From Candidatus Omnitrophota bacterium (lineage in GTDB: Bacteria; Omnitrophota; Gorgyraeia; JABMRG01), in assembly GCA_030593065.1 (NCBI GenBank), contig JAUVHV010000010.1, positions 1 to 50,188 on the forward strand: a DNA stretch of 50,188 bases, read 5' to 3'. Shown here one piece after another: positions 36,797-44,275 of the stretch (position 1 is the stretch's first letter; every line of letters starts with the position of its first letter). The notes beneath the pieces were generated by a model. That model was not told where the DNA came from, did not search any database, and was given only the letters and a program-made list of their open reading frames with translations. Position numbers and translations under genes: made by a program.

Positions 36797-36901
36797 CAAA
36801 AAGTAAGTTTTTTTCTTTACAAGGCAGTATTTTTCTTATATATTAAAAATAAGATACAATAGCGCCCAAAGCGCTTATTTTATTTAAAAGAGGAGCAAGA
36901 T

Positions 36902-37717
36902 ATGTTAAAAAGAGCCGTTATTGTAGCCTGTGTACTTTTATACGCGGGTAGTTGTTTTGCGCAAGTTGCCGGTAATACATCAGACCCTAGAATTCCTTAT
37001 GGCCCGGGTATCGCGAATTTGCAGGAATCAGGCATAGGGCCAATAAAGGTTGGTTTTGACGCTGACTGGATTTTTGGCAGGGATCTCGACGGAAAAGGTG
37101 GTGTAAGCAACGCGGAATCAGAAGGGCAGAAATATCTGTTACGCATAGGTTATACTATAGCGGACAGGGTAGAGCCCTATATAAGACTTGGCACATCACA
37201 TCTTAAGGCATCATGGAATCAGAATGGCGTTCAGGCAAAAACAACGGCAGAGAATGGTTTTACTTTTGGAATCGGAGGAAAAGCGCTGTTGTTTGATATT
37301 CCGGAACATAGAATCAGGTTTAGTATGGATGGGCAGTATCTTTATACGGATCCGGGCATAAAAAGCGTACATATAGACGGTGCGGATCGTACAATTAGCG
37401 CAAGTGAATTTAAGGTCAGAGAATGGCAGGTTGCGGGTATCATGAGTATGGAGTTTCTTATTAATGATAGCAGTAATAACCCGGCAACGCCTTATTCTCT
37501 AATACCTTATCTTGGCCTTGCTTATACAGATTCAAAAACAGGCGTAAAATTTACATCGAATGATGTAAATTACGATTTAGGAGACGCAAGAAGCGATAAC
37601 AAGTTTGTATTCTTGACAGGTTGCGATATAGTAGCGCCGGAAAATATATCTCTTAATATTGAAGGGAGATGGATAGGCGAGACCGCGGCAAGCGGCGGAT
37701 GCACTTTAAAGTTCTAG
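36902..37717 (+). CDS. Outer-membrane beta-barrel protein (porin/OMP_b-brl-like)
   Basis: Signal peptide ...GSCFA|Q. It shows alternating hydrophobic beta-strand patterning and an aromatic C-terminal residue (...GGCTLKF). Confidence 0.6.
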   Translation: MLKRAVIVACVLLYAGSCFAQVAGNTSDPRIPYGPGIANLQESGIGPIKVGFDADWIFGRDLDGKGGVSNAESEGQKYLLRIGYTIADRVEPYIRLGTSHLKASWNQNGVQAKTTAENGFTFGIGGKALLFDIPEHRIRFSMDGQYLYTDPGIKSVHIDGADRTISASEFKVREWQVAGIMSMEFLINDSSNNPATPYSLIPYLGLAYTDSKTGVKFTSNDVNYDLGDARSDNKFVFLTGCDIVAPENISLNIEGRWIGETAASGGCTLKF

Positions 37718-37748
37718 CGCCTATTTTACAATATATAATATTATAAAA

Positions 37749-38486
37749 ATGACACGTATCAGCGAAGCCCTGATTGTCATACCTACCTATAACGAAAAAG
37801 ATAATATAACATGCCTTTTAGATAAAATCTATTCCCTGGAAATAAGTGTATCTGTTCTGGTTGTTGATGATAATTCTCCGGACGGTACCGCTCAAGAGGT
37901 TATTGAGTCGCAGGGCAAATATCCTAACTTGTATCTTATTACCAGAAGGCGCAAGATGGGTTTAGGCAGCGCTTACAGGGAGGGATTCAGGTACGCTTTA
38001 AAGAACAGGTATGGCGTTATAATCCAGATGGATGCTGATTTATCACATTTGCCGCAATACATACCCCATATGCTTAACCTGCTTAAGGGCTGTGACCTGG
38101 TAATCGGCAGCAGGTATATTAAAAGAGGCGGGATTTCCGGCTGGCCATTGCGCAGGACATGGCTTAGCAGATTCGCAAGTATCTTTTCAAAAAAGATGTT
38201 GCGCATTCCGATAAATGATTTAACCAGCGGTTTCAAATGTGTTAAAAGGCATGTACTAGAAAGTATAGATTTTGACACAATATTGACCAGGGGGTATGCT
38301 TTTCAGGTCGAGATGGCCTATAGAGTTTTTTCAGGAAAGTTTAATATAGTTGAATACCCTATTATATTTCAAGGAAGAAAAAAAGAGAGGTCCAAGATGT
38401 CATTAGGGATAATTATAGAGGCTTTCTTCAAAGTATTATCACTGACATTAAAAAGATATAGGCTATTTTCGCCCATAACCGGTTAA
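37749..38486 (+). CDS. Family 2 glycosyltransferase, polyprenol-phosphate mannosyl/glucosyltransferase-like
   Basis: VIPTYNEKDNI, VVDDNSPDGT, QMDADLSH, GSRY and DLTSGFK form the DPM1/Ppm1-like pattern. Confidence 0.8.
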   Translation: MTRISEALIVIPTYNEKDNITCLLDKIYSLEISVSVLVVDDNSPDGTAQEVIESQGKYPNLYLITRRRKMGLGSAYREGFRYALKNRYGVIIQMDADLSHLPQYIPHMLNLLKGCDLVIGSRYIKRGGISGWPLRRTWLSRFASIFSKKMLRIPINDLTSGFKCVKRHVLESIDFDTILTRGYAFQVEMAYRVFSGKFNIVEYPIIFQGRKKERSKMSLGIIIEAFFKVLSLTLKRYRLFSPITG

Positions 38487-38509
38487 CTATATTTTTTAAA
38501 AGTTTTTTC

Positions 38510-38538
38510 TTGACAAGTATGCAAAAATGTAGTAAATT
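38510..38538 (+). promoter_or_regulatory. Sigma-70-like promoter (TTGACA, 17 nt, TAAATT) upstream of csp
   Basis: TTGACA at 38510-38515 and TAAATT at 38533-38538, with a 17-nt spacer. Confidence 0.55.
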
Positions 38539-38572
38539 ATGCATGTAGTAAGCAAAGGAATAGATGACTTAG

Positions 38573-38612
38573 ACTGCAAGGTAAAAGCAACTTCCCCCTT
38601 GCAGTTTTTTGT
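38573..38612 (+). promoter_or_regulatory. Terminator-like hairpin plus T-tract inside the csp leader
   Basis: ACTGCAAGG (38573-38581) pairs with CCTTGCAGT (38597-38605) and is followed by TTTTTGTTT. It lies between the promoter and the csp RBS. Confidence 0.5.
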
Positions 38613-38656
38613 TTCTATTGCATACTATAATCTATAAAGAAGGAGGTACATGAATA

Positions 38657-38857
38657 ATGGCAAAAGGAACAGTAAAGTGGTTCAACAACAGCAAGGGTTA
38701 CGGATTTATTACTCCTGAATCTGGTAATGATGTATTTGTACATCATAGCGCAATTCAGGGTGAAGGTTATAAGTCTTTAGACGAAGGTCAGCAAGTTGAA
38801 TTTGACATCGAGCAGGGCCCTAAAGGTGAACAGGCTGTAAACGTAGTAAAGGTTTAA
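38657..38857 (+). CDS. cspA: Cold-shock protein (CspA family)
   Basis: [15 protein letters not shown] (RNP1) and VFVHHSAI (RNP2), 66 aa, with an AGGAGG RBS. Confidence 0.95.
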   Translation: MAKGTVKWFNNSKGYGFITPESGNDVFVHHSAIQGEGYKSLDEGQQVEFDIEQGPKGEQAVNVVKV

Positions 38858-38876
38858 CTTTTACGCGTTAAAAAAA

Positions 38877-38905
38877 GGCCCGGTATCATTACCGGGCCTT
38901 TTTTA
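38877..38905 (+). terminator. Rho-independent terminator after csp
   Basis: GGCCCGGTA-TCAT-TACCGGGCC followed by TTTTTTATTTG. Confidence 0.85.
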
Positions 38906-38959
38906 TTTGTTTTTTTTTATTTAAAGTTGTATAATCTAAACAACAAGGAGGTATTTAAA

Positions 38960-39766
38960 ATGGATTGGGGAATTAAAAATCGCTTAAGCCAGCTTATCCA
39001 ACCTGATGGGCACTGCTTTTTCCTGCCTATAGATCATGGATATTTTCAAGGCCCTACCCGTTGTTTAGAAAAGCCGGGTAACACCATAAAGCCGCTTACC
39101 CCTTATTGCGACGCGCTTTTTGTTACACGTGGGGTATTACGCTCATGTGTGGATGCTGTAGGCAGTAAACCTATAATTCTGCGTATATCAGGCGGTACCA
39201 GCGTAGTGGGCAAAGACTTATCCAACGAAGGAATTACCACATCTATACAGGAGATCATACGTCTTAATGTTGCCGCTGTCGGTATCTCAATTTTCGTAGG
39301 AAGTGATTATGAGCGCCGAACACTGCTTAATCTTTCAAGAGTTGTCAATGAATGTGAGGATTACGGTATTCCCGTTATGGCTGTGACAGCTGTTGGTAAA
39401 GAGATGGAAAAAAGAGAGGCGCGTTATCTTGCCTTGAGTTGCCGCATTGCCGCTGAATTAGGCGCGCGGGTAGTAAAGACTTATTGGTGTAAAAAAGACT
39501 TTGATAAGGTTATAAAGGGGTGCCCTGTTCCGGTTGTTATGGCAGGCGGGCCTATGTGTAAAACAGAGCTTGAGGTATTGGAGTTTGTTTATGACGGCAT
39601 GCAAAAAGGCGCTATAGGCATAAATCTCGGAAGAAACGTATGGCAGAGCGCTCATCCTGTGGCTATGACCCGGGCCCTCCACGGGATTATCCATAAAAAG
39701 ATGGCTGTTAAAGAAGCTCATGAATTGTTTAATGATGTAAAAGACAATAAAGAGATATGCGCGTAG
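38960..39766 (+). CDS. Class I aldolase of the DhnA/LsrF/ADH-synthase family
   Basis: FFLPIDHGYFQGP, ILRISGG, VKTYW, VVMAGGP and GINLGRNVWQ. The ATG at 38960 follows the AAGGAGG RBS; the earlier TTG start in the ORF track is rejected. Confidence 0.75.
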   Translation: MDWGIKNRLSQLIQPDGHCFFLPIDHGYFQGPTRCLEKPGNTIKPLTPYCDALFVTRGVLRSCVDAVGSKPIILRISGGTSVVGKDLSNEGITTSIQEIIRLNVAAVGISIFVGSDYERRTLLNLSRVVNECEDYGIPVMAVTAVGKEMEKREARYLALSCRIAAELGARVVKTYWCKKDFDKVIKGCPVPVVMAGGPMCKTELEVLEFVYDGMQKGAIGINLGRNVWQSAHPVAMTRALHGIIHKKMAVKEAHELFNDVKDNKEICA

Positions 39767-40752
39767 TAAGATATTATAATAATAATGATTTACGATTAGA
39801 AGATTTGCCCATGCCAAGTATCGACTCCGGCGAACTATTGATTGAGGTATTCGCCAGCGGAATTTGCGGGACAGATGTTATGGAATGGTATAGGGTCAAG
39901 AAGGCGCCTCGTATCTTAGGCCATGAAATTGCCGGTATAATAGCTGAATCTAAATCAGATAAATACAAAGTAGGCCAGAGAGTCTTTGTAAGCCACCATG
40001 TTCCGTGTAATAAGTGCAAATACTGCTTGGCAGGTAATCATACAGCATGTGATACATTGCATAATGGCAATTATATCCCCGGCGGATACAGTGAGTTTAT
40101 AAAGGTGCCAAAGATAAATGTCGATTTTGGCGTCTATCCGTTACCGGAAGATGTCTCTTATCAGGAAGGCACAATGATCGAGCCTTTAGCTTGCGCAATA
40201 AGGGGACAGCGGGTAGCCAATGTAGCTAAGGGCCAGGTTGTCTTGATCTTGGGCAGCGGTGTTTCCGGTTTGCTGAATATACAACTGGCAAAACTAAAGG
40301 GCGCGAAAGTTATCGCAACCGATATAAATGAATACAGGCTTTCTCAAGCAAGAGTATTTGGCGCGGATGAGGTTATTGAGGCGGGCCAGGTTTTAAATAT
40401 TAAAGCAGACAGGATAATAATTTGTACGGGCGCTTACAAAGCAGTAGAACAGGCATTTCAGTCTATAGATAAAAGCGGTGTAATACTTTTCTTCGCGATT
40501 TCCGATAAAGACATTATAATCCCGGCCGTGGATTTCTGGAGAAATGAGATAACAGTTACAGCTTCTTATGGAGCAGCGCCCATTGATTTGGAAGAATCCT
40601 TAGGTTTAATTAAAGCCGGAAAGATAGATGTTAAGAGCCTGATAACTCACAGCTTGCCGTTAGAAGAGGCTAAAGAAGGTTTTAAGCTTGTTTCGAGTGC
40701 TAAAGAATCCCTGAAGGTTGTGTTAGAGCCTAAACAAAGAAAGGCGCTATAA
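39757..40752 (+). CDS. Zinc-dependent medium-chain alcohol/polyol dehydrogenase (threonine/sorbitol dehydrogenase-like)
   Basis: GICGTDV, GHEIAGII, the structural zinc motif CNKCKYCLAGNHTAC and the GSGVSG Rossmann loop. Confidence 0.8.
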   Translation: MRVVRYYNNNDLRLEDLPMPSIDSGELLIEVFASGICGTDVMEWYRVKKAPRILGHEIAGIIAESKSDKYKVGQRVFVSHHVPCNKCKYCLAGNHTACDTLHNGNYIPGGYSEFIKVPKINVDFGVYPLPEDVSYQEGTMIEPLACAIRGQRVANVAKGQVVLILGSGVSGLLNIQLAKLKGAKVIATDINEYRLSQARVFGADEVIEAGQVLNIKADRIIICTGAYKAVEQAFQSIDKSGVILFFAISDKDIIIPAVDFWRNEITVTASYGAAPIDLEESLGLIKAGKIDVKSLITHSLPLEEAKEGFKLVSSAKESLKVVLEPKQRKAL

Positions 40753-40758
40753 GAGAAG

Positions 40759-40989
40759 ATGGATACAGTAGCACTTATGATTCCCGGAGATAAGGCGAAG
40801 GTGGTTAAACTTTCGGGCAAGGTTAATTTACGCAAAAAATTACTTGATATGGGAATAGTCTCTGGTGCCGTAATAGAGATGATACGGCACGCGCCCCTTG
40901 GCGACCCTATTCAGATAAAGATAAAAGGGTATCATCTCTCGTTAAGAAAAACAGAGGCATCGCATATATTGATAAAAAGCTTAAGATGA
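40759..40989 (+). CDS. feoA: FeoA-family ferrous iron transport protein
   Basis: 76 aa. The motifs LRKKLLDMGIVSGAVIEMIRHAPLGDPIQIKIKGYHLSLRKTEA are FeoA SH3-like motifs. Confidence 0.8.
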   Translation: MDTVALMIPGDKAKVVKLSGKVNLRKKLLDMGIVSGAVIEMIRHAPLGDPIQIKIKGYHLSLRKTEASHILIKSLR

Positions 40990-43274
40990 AAAAAAAGAGA
41001 CTTTTAGACGCGAGATCACGAGTGGAACTTACCTTGTCCGCGATAGAGGGCGGCAAGGGCAGGATGAGAAAATTGACGGATATGGGGCTCATTCCCGGCG
41101 AGAAGATCAGGAAGCTGGAGTCGTCACAAAGCGGGCCTGTTATACTTCTTGTAAAAGGCGCTAAGATAGCAATAGGCCGCGGCATGGCTGATAAGATTAT
41201 CGTAGAGGAGAAGATTATCAAAAAGACCATAACAATAGCTTTAGTTGGAAATCCTAATTCAGGAAAGACCTCGATTTTTAACAACCTTACAGGAACAAGG
41301 CAGCATGTGGGTAACTATCCCGGTGTTACTGTTGAGAAGAAGGAAGGCCTTGCCCGGTATGGCGATTACACAATACGGGTTATAGACCTGCCCGGCACAT
41401 ATAGCCTTACGGCGTATTCTCTGGATGAAGTCGTAGCGCGCAATTTTATATTAGAGGCAAAGCCGGATCTTATAGTAGATGTTGTGGATTCAACGAATCT
41501 GGAACGAAATCTTTATTTCGCGACCCAACTTATGGAGCTTGAGGTGCCGCTTGTGTTTGCTTTCAATATGAGTGATATCGCGAAGGCAGCAGGGCAGCAT
41601 ATCAATGAAGAGGCGTTTTCAAGGTTAGTCGGTATAAAAATTACGCAGACTGTGGGTATTAAAAATAAAGGTACTACGCAGTTGCTAAAAAGTATTGTCG
41701 AAACCTACCAGCAGAAAGAGCAGGCCAAAAAAATCTCTATAAACTACGGTAAGGAGATAGAGGATGAACTCTCAAAACTGCTCAATTGCTTAAAAGCAAG
41801 AGAACCTCTGATAAAGCAATATCCGCTTCGCTGGTTTGCTATCAAACTTCTTGAAGATGATAAAGATATAATAGATTTTGTAAAGACTGAAGCCGGTACG
41901 GAGGAGATACTTAAACAATCAGCGCTAAGCCGCGGCCATATAATGAGTATATTCGCGGATGATCCCGAGACTATCATCGCGGACAGGCGTTACGGCTTTA
42001 TAAATGGAATGCTGCATGAGGTTGTTACCCATACGGCAGAGTCTCATCTGAAGGCCTCGGATATGATAGATAGAGTTGTTGTCAACAGGATTGCCGGTAT
42101 ACCTATATTCCTTGGCGTTATGTGGCTTATGTTTAAATGCATATTTATTTTAAGTGAAAAACCCATGGAATGGATTGAGCGCGCCCAGGCTGCTATGGGT
42201 GCTTTTGTTTCAGGGTTTTTACCGGAAGGCAGTTTTATCCAAGGGCTTATTGTCGACGGAATTATAGGCGGCGTGGGAAGCGTGCTTGTATTTGTCCCGA
42301 TTATATTTATGTTATTTTTTTGCATGTCTATATTGGAAGACTCAGGATATATGGCAAGAATCGCCTTTATAGTTGATAAATTTATGCATAAGATAGGCCT
42401 GCATGGCAGGAGTTTTATACCTATGCTCTTAGGTTTTGGGTGTAATGTACCGGCTATAATGGCAACAAGGGTAATAGAGTCTAAAAAAGACAGGCTTACT
42501 ACAATATTGATAAATCCTTTTATGAGTTGCGGGGCCAAGCTCCCTATATATACCCTGCTTATTGGTGTCTTTTTTAGCAAACATGCCTCAGGAAACGTAC
42601 TCTTTTCATTATATCTGTTAGGATTTGTAACGGCTGTTATTATGGCAAAGATGTTAAGGAAGTTTATATTTACCGGCGAGAGCGCTCCTTTTGTCATGGA
42701 GCTTCCGCCTTATCGCCTACCGACATTAAGGGGCCTCTTTACGCATATGTGGGAGAGGGGTTGGCTCTACATAAAAAAAGCGGGAACAGTTATACTTCTC
42801 GGATGTATTTTGATCTGGACATTAAGCGCTCTTCCCATTCACGCGCAAGGAGATCTTAGCAAGAGTTATATTGCCAGGATAGGCAAATTTATTGAACCCG
42901 TAATAAAACCCTTGGGTTTTGACTGGAAGATCGGTACTGCCCTTATTGCCGGAGTTGTCGCAAAAGAGATAGTGGTAGGCACGCTAGGGGTCTTATATGG
43001 CGCCGGCGAAGATAAGAACGAACATTCTTTAAACCTGCGCAACGCGTTAAGAGAGGATAAGTATCCCGACGGTAGAAAGGTATTTAGCCCTTTGATAGCA
43101 TACGCTCTTATGGTATTTGTACTATTATATATACCGTGCCTCAGCGCCGCGGCAGTTATCAGGAAAGAGTCGGGTTCGTGGGGGTGGATGTTTTTTAGCA
43201 TAAGTTATTCAACGCTTTTAGCGTGGATAGCCGCGTTTATTGTATATCAGGGCGGCAGGTTGTTGGGATTCTAA
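40986..43274 (+). CDS. feoB: Ferrous iron transporter FeoB with an N-terminal FeoA-like domain
   Basis: The N-terminus MRKLTDMGLIPGEKIRKL...ILLVKGAKIAIGRGMADKIIV is FeoA-like. It is followed by the G-domain motifs ALVGNPNSGKTSIFNNLTG and DLPGTYSL, and then a polytopic membrane domain. Confidence 0.95.
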   Translation: MKKKRLLDARSRVELTLSAIEGGKGRMRKLTDMGLIPGEKIRKLESSQSGPVILLVKGAKIAIGRGMADKIIVEEKIIKKTITIALVGNPNSGKTSIFNNLTGTRQHVGNYPGVTVEKKEGLARYGDYTIRVIDLPGTYSLTAYSLDEVVARNFILEAKPDLIVDVVDSTNLERNLYFATQLMELEVPLVFAFNMSDIAKAAGQHINEEAFSRLVGIKITQTVGIKNKGTTQLLKSIVETYQQKEQAKKISINYGKEIEDELSKLLNCLKAREPLIKQYPLRWFAIKLLEDDKDIIDFVKTEAGTEEILKQSALSRGHIMSIFADDPETIIADRRYGFINGMLHEVVTHTAESHLKASDMIDRVVVNRIAGIPIFLGVMWLMFKCIFILSEKPMEWIERAQAAMGAFVSGFLPEGSFIQGLIVDGIIGGVGSVLVFVPIIFMLFFCMSILEDSGYMARIAFIVDKFMHKIGLHGRSFIPMLLGFGCNVPAIMATRVIESKKDRLTTILINPFMSCGAKLPIYTLLIGVFFSKHASGNVLFSLYLLGFVTAVIMAKMLRKFIFTGESAPFVMELPPYRLPTLRGLFTHMWERGWLYIKKAGTVILLGCILIWTLSALPIHAQGDLSKSYIARIGKFIEPVIKPLGFDWKIGTALIAGVVAKEIVVGTLGVLYGAGEDKNEHSLNLRNALREDKYPDGRKVFSPLIAYALMVFVLLYIPCLSAAAVIRKESGSWGWMFFSISYSTLLAWIAAFIVYQGGRLLGF

Positions 43275-43276
43275 AG

Positions 43277-43325
43277 GGGTCAAGTCTCAACATTGCTACT
43301 TAAGCAATGTTGAGACTTGACCCCT
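43277..43325. terminator. REP-like element folded as a perfect 21-bp hairpin after feoB
   Basis: GGGGTCAAGTCTCAACATTGC (43277-43297), loop TACTTAA, then GCAATGTTGAGACTTGACCCC (43305-43325). It starts 3 nt after the feoB stop. No T-tract follows it. Confidence 0.7.
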
Positions 43326-43481
43326 TGGTTCCTTATTGTTATAATATCACACACCAGATATACAGATATACAGACGTTTTGAAAGTTGAGCACCACACTG
43401 TCACTGATTTGAGCAAGACAGTGTCTTTTAGGCGGGTACACTGTGTATCCTAAAAAGGGTACTAATATATAATAGATTTGC

Positions 43482-43558
43482 GCGCCTGTAGCTCAGTGGA
43501 TTAGAGCACTAGTCTACGGAACTAGGTGTCAAAGGTTCAAGTCCTTTCAGGCGCGCCA
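43482..43558 (+). tRNA. tRNA-Arg (anticodon ACG)
   Basis: Hand-folded as acceptor GCGCCTG/CAGGCGC, D arm GCTC..GAGC, anticodon stem CTAGT/ACTAG with loop CTACGGA, T arm AAAGG-TTCAAGT-CCTTT, discriminator G and an encoded CCA. Confidence 0.9.
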
Positions 43559-43571
43559 TTCTTCTAAGCCT

Positions 43572-44045
43572 ATGCAAGATATAATATACATGAGAGAAGC
43601 TCTTAAGCAGGCGCATAGGGCATTTGATAATAATGAAGTGCCGGTAGGGTGTGTAATTGCTTACAAAGGCAGGATAATAGCGCGCGCGCATAACCAGGTG
43701 GAGACGCTTAAAGACCCTACAGCCCATGCCGAGATGATAGCTATTACGCAGGCTGCTTCCGCTCTCGGGAGTAAATGGTTGCAAGGGGTTTCGGTCTATG
43801 TTACAATAGAGCCCTGCCAGATGTGCGCTGGAGCACTGGTTCTCGCGCGTATCAAAAGGCTTGTATATGGCGCGGATGATCCGAAGACAGGGGCGTTTGG
43901 TTCTGCTTGTGATATCTTAAAAACCAGGGGCCTAAATCATAGTTTTGAAGTCACACGCAATATATTGTGCCGAGAGAGTTCCTTTATTATATCTGAATTT
44001 TTTAAGAAAAAACGCCGGCCAATAAAAAAGGCCGGAGTGAATTAA
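43572..44045 (+). CDS. tadA: tRNA-specific adenosine deaminase
   Basis: The CDA-fold zinc motifs HAEMIAI and PCQMCAGAL, NEVPVGCVI, and a size of 157 aa. Confidence 0.9.
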   Translation: MQDIIYMREALKQAHRAFDNNEVPVGCVIAYKGRIIARAHNQVETLKDPTAHAEMIAITQAASALGSKWLQGVSVYVTIEPCQMCAGALVLARIKRLVYGADDPKTGAFGSACDILKTRGLNHSFEVTRNILCRESSFIISEFFKKKRRPIKKAGVN

Positions 44046-44119
44046 ATAAATGAAGTAAAATAGGCAGAGTGAGTTAAATAATATTTAATTCGCGCTGACC
44101 TTTTTTATTACTTTTATCA

Positions 44120-44213
44120 GGAGGGGTGGCTGAGCGGCTGAAAGCAGTCGCCTGCTAAGCGATTGTCCTGGTTAAAGCTGGGACCCTGGGTTCAAATCCC
44201 AGCCCCTCCGCCA
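44120..44213 (+). tRNA. tRNA-Ser (anticodon GCU)
   Basis: Acceptor GGAGGGG/CCCCTCC, anticodon loop CTGCTAA, a long variable arm, T arm CTGGG-TTCAAAT-CCCAG and an encoded CCA. Confidence 0.9.
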
Positions 44214-44275
44214 TAACCCGCTAACCAAGATTTTGATACAAGAAGGGTTCCTTGCCGGGAATTCGAGGAAATAAT

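Noticed and set aside
43330-43440. The direct repeat CAGATATACAGATATACAGA and an 8-bp hairpin (ACACTGTC...GACAGTGT) in the feoB to tRNA-Arg spacer, considered as a possible sRNA or regulatory site.
   Set aside because: The features are short and of low information content. No promoter and terminator pair frames them, and I cannot support a specific call.
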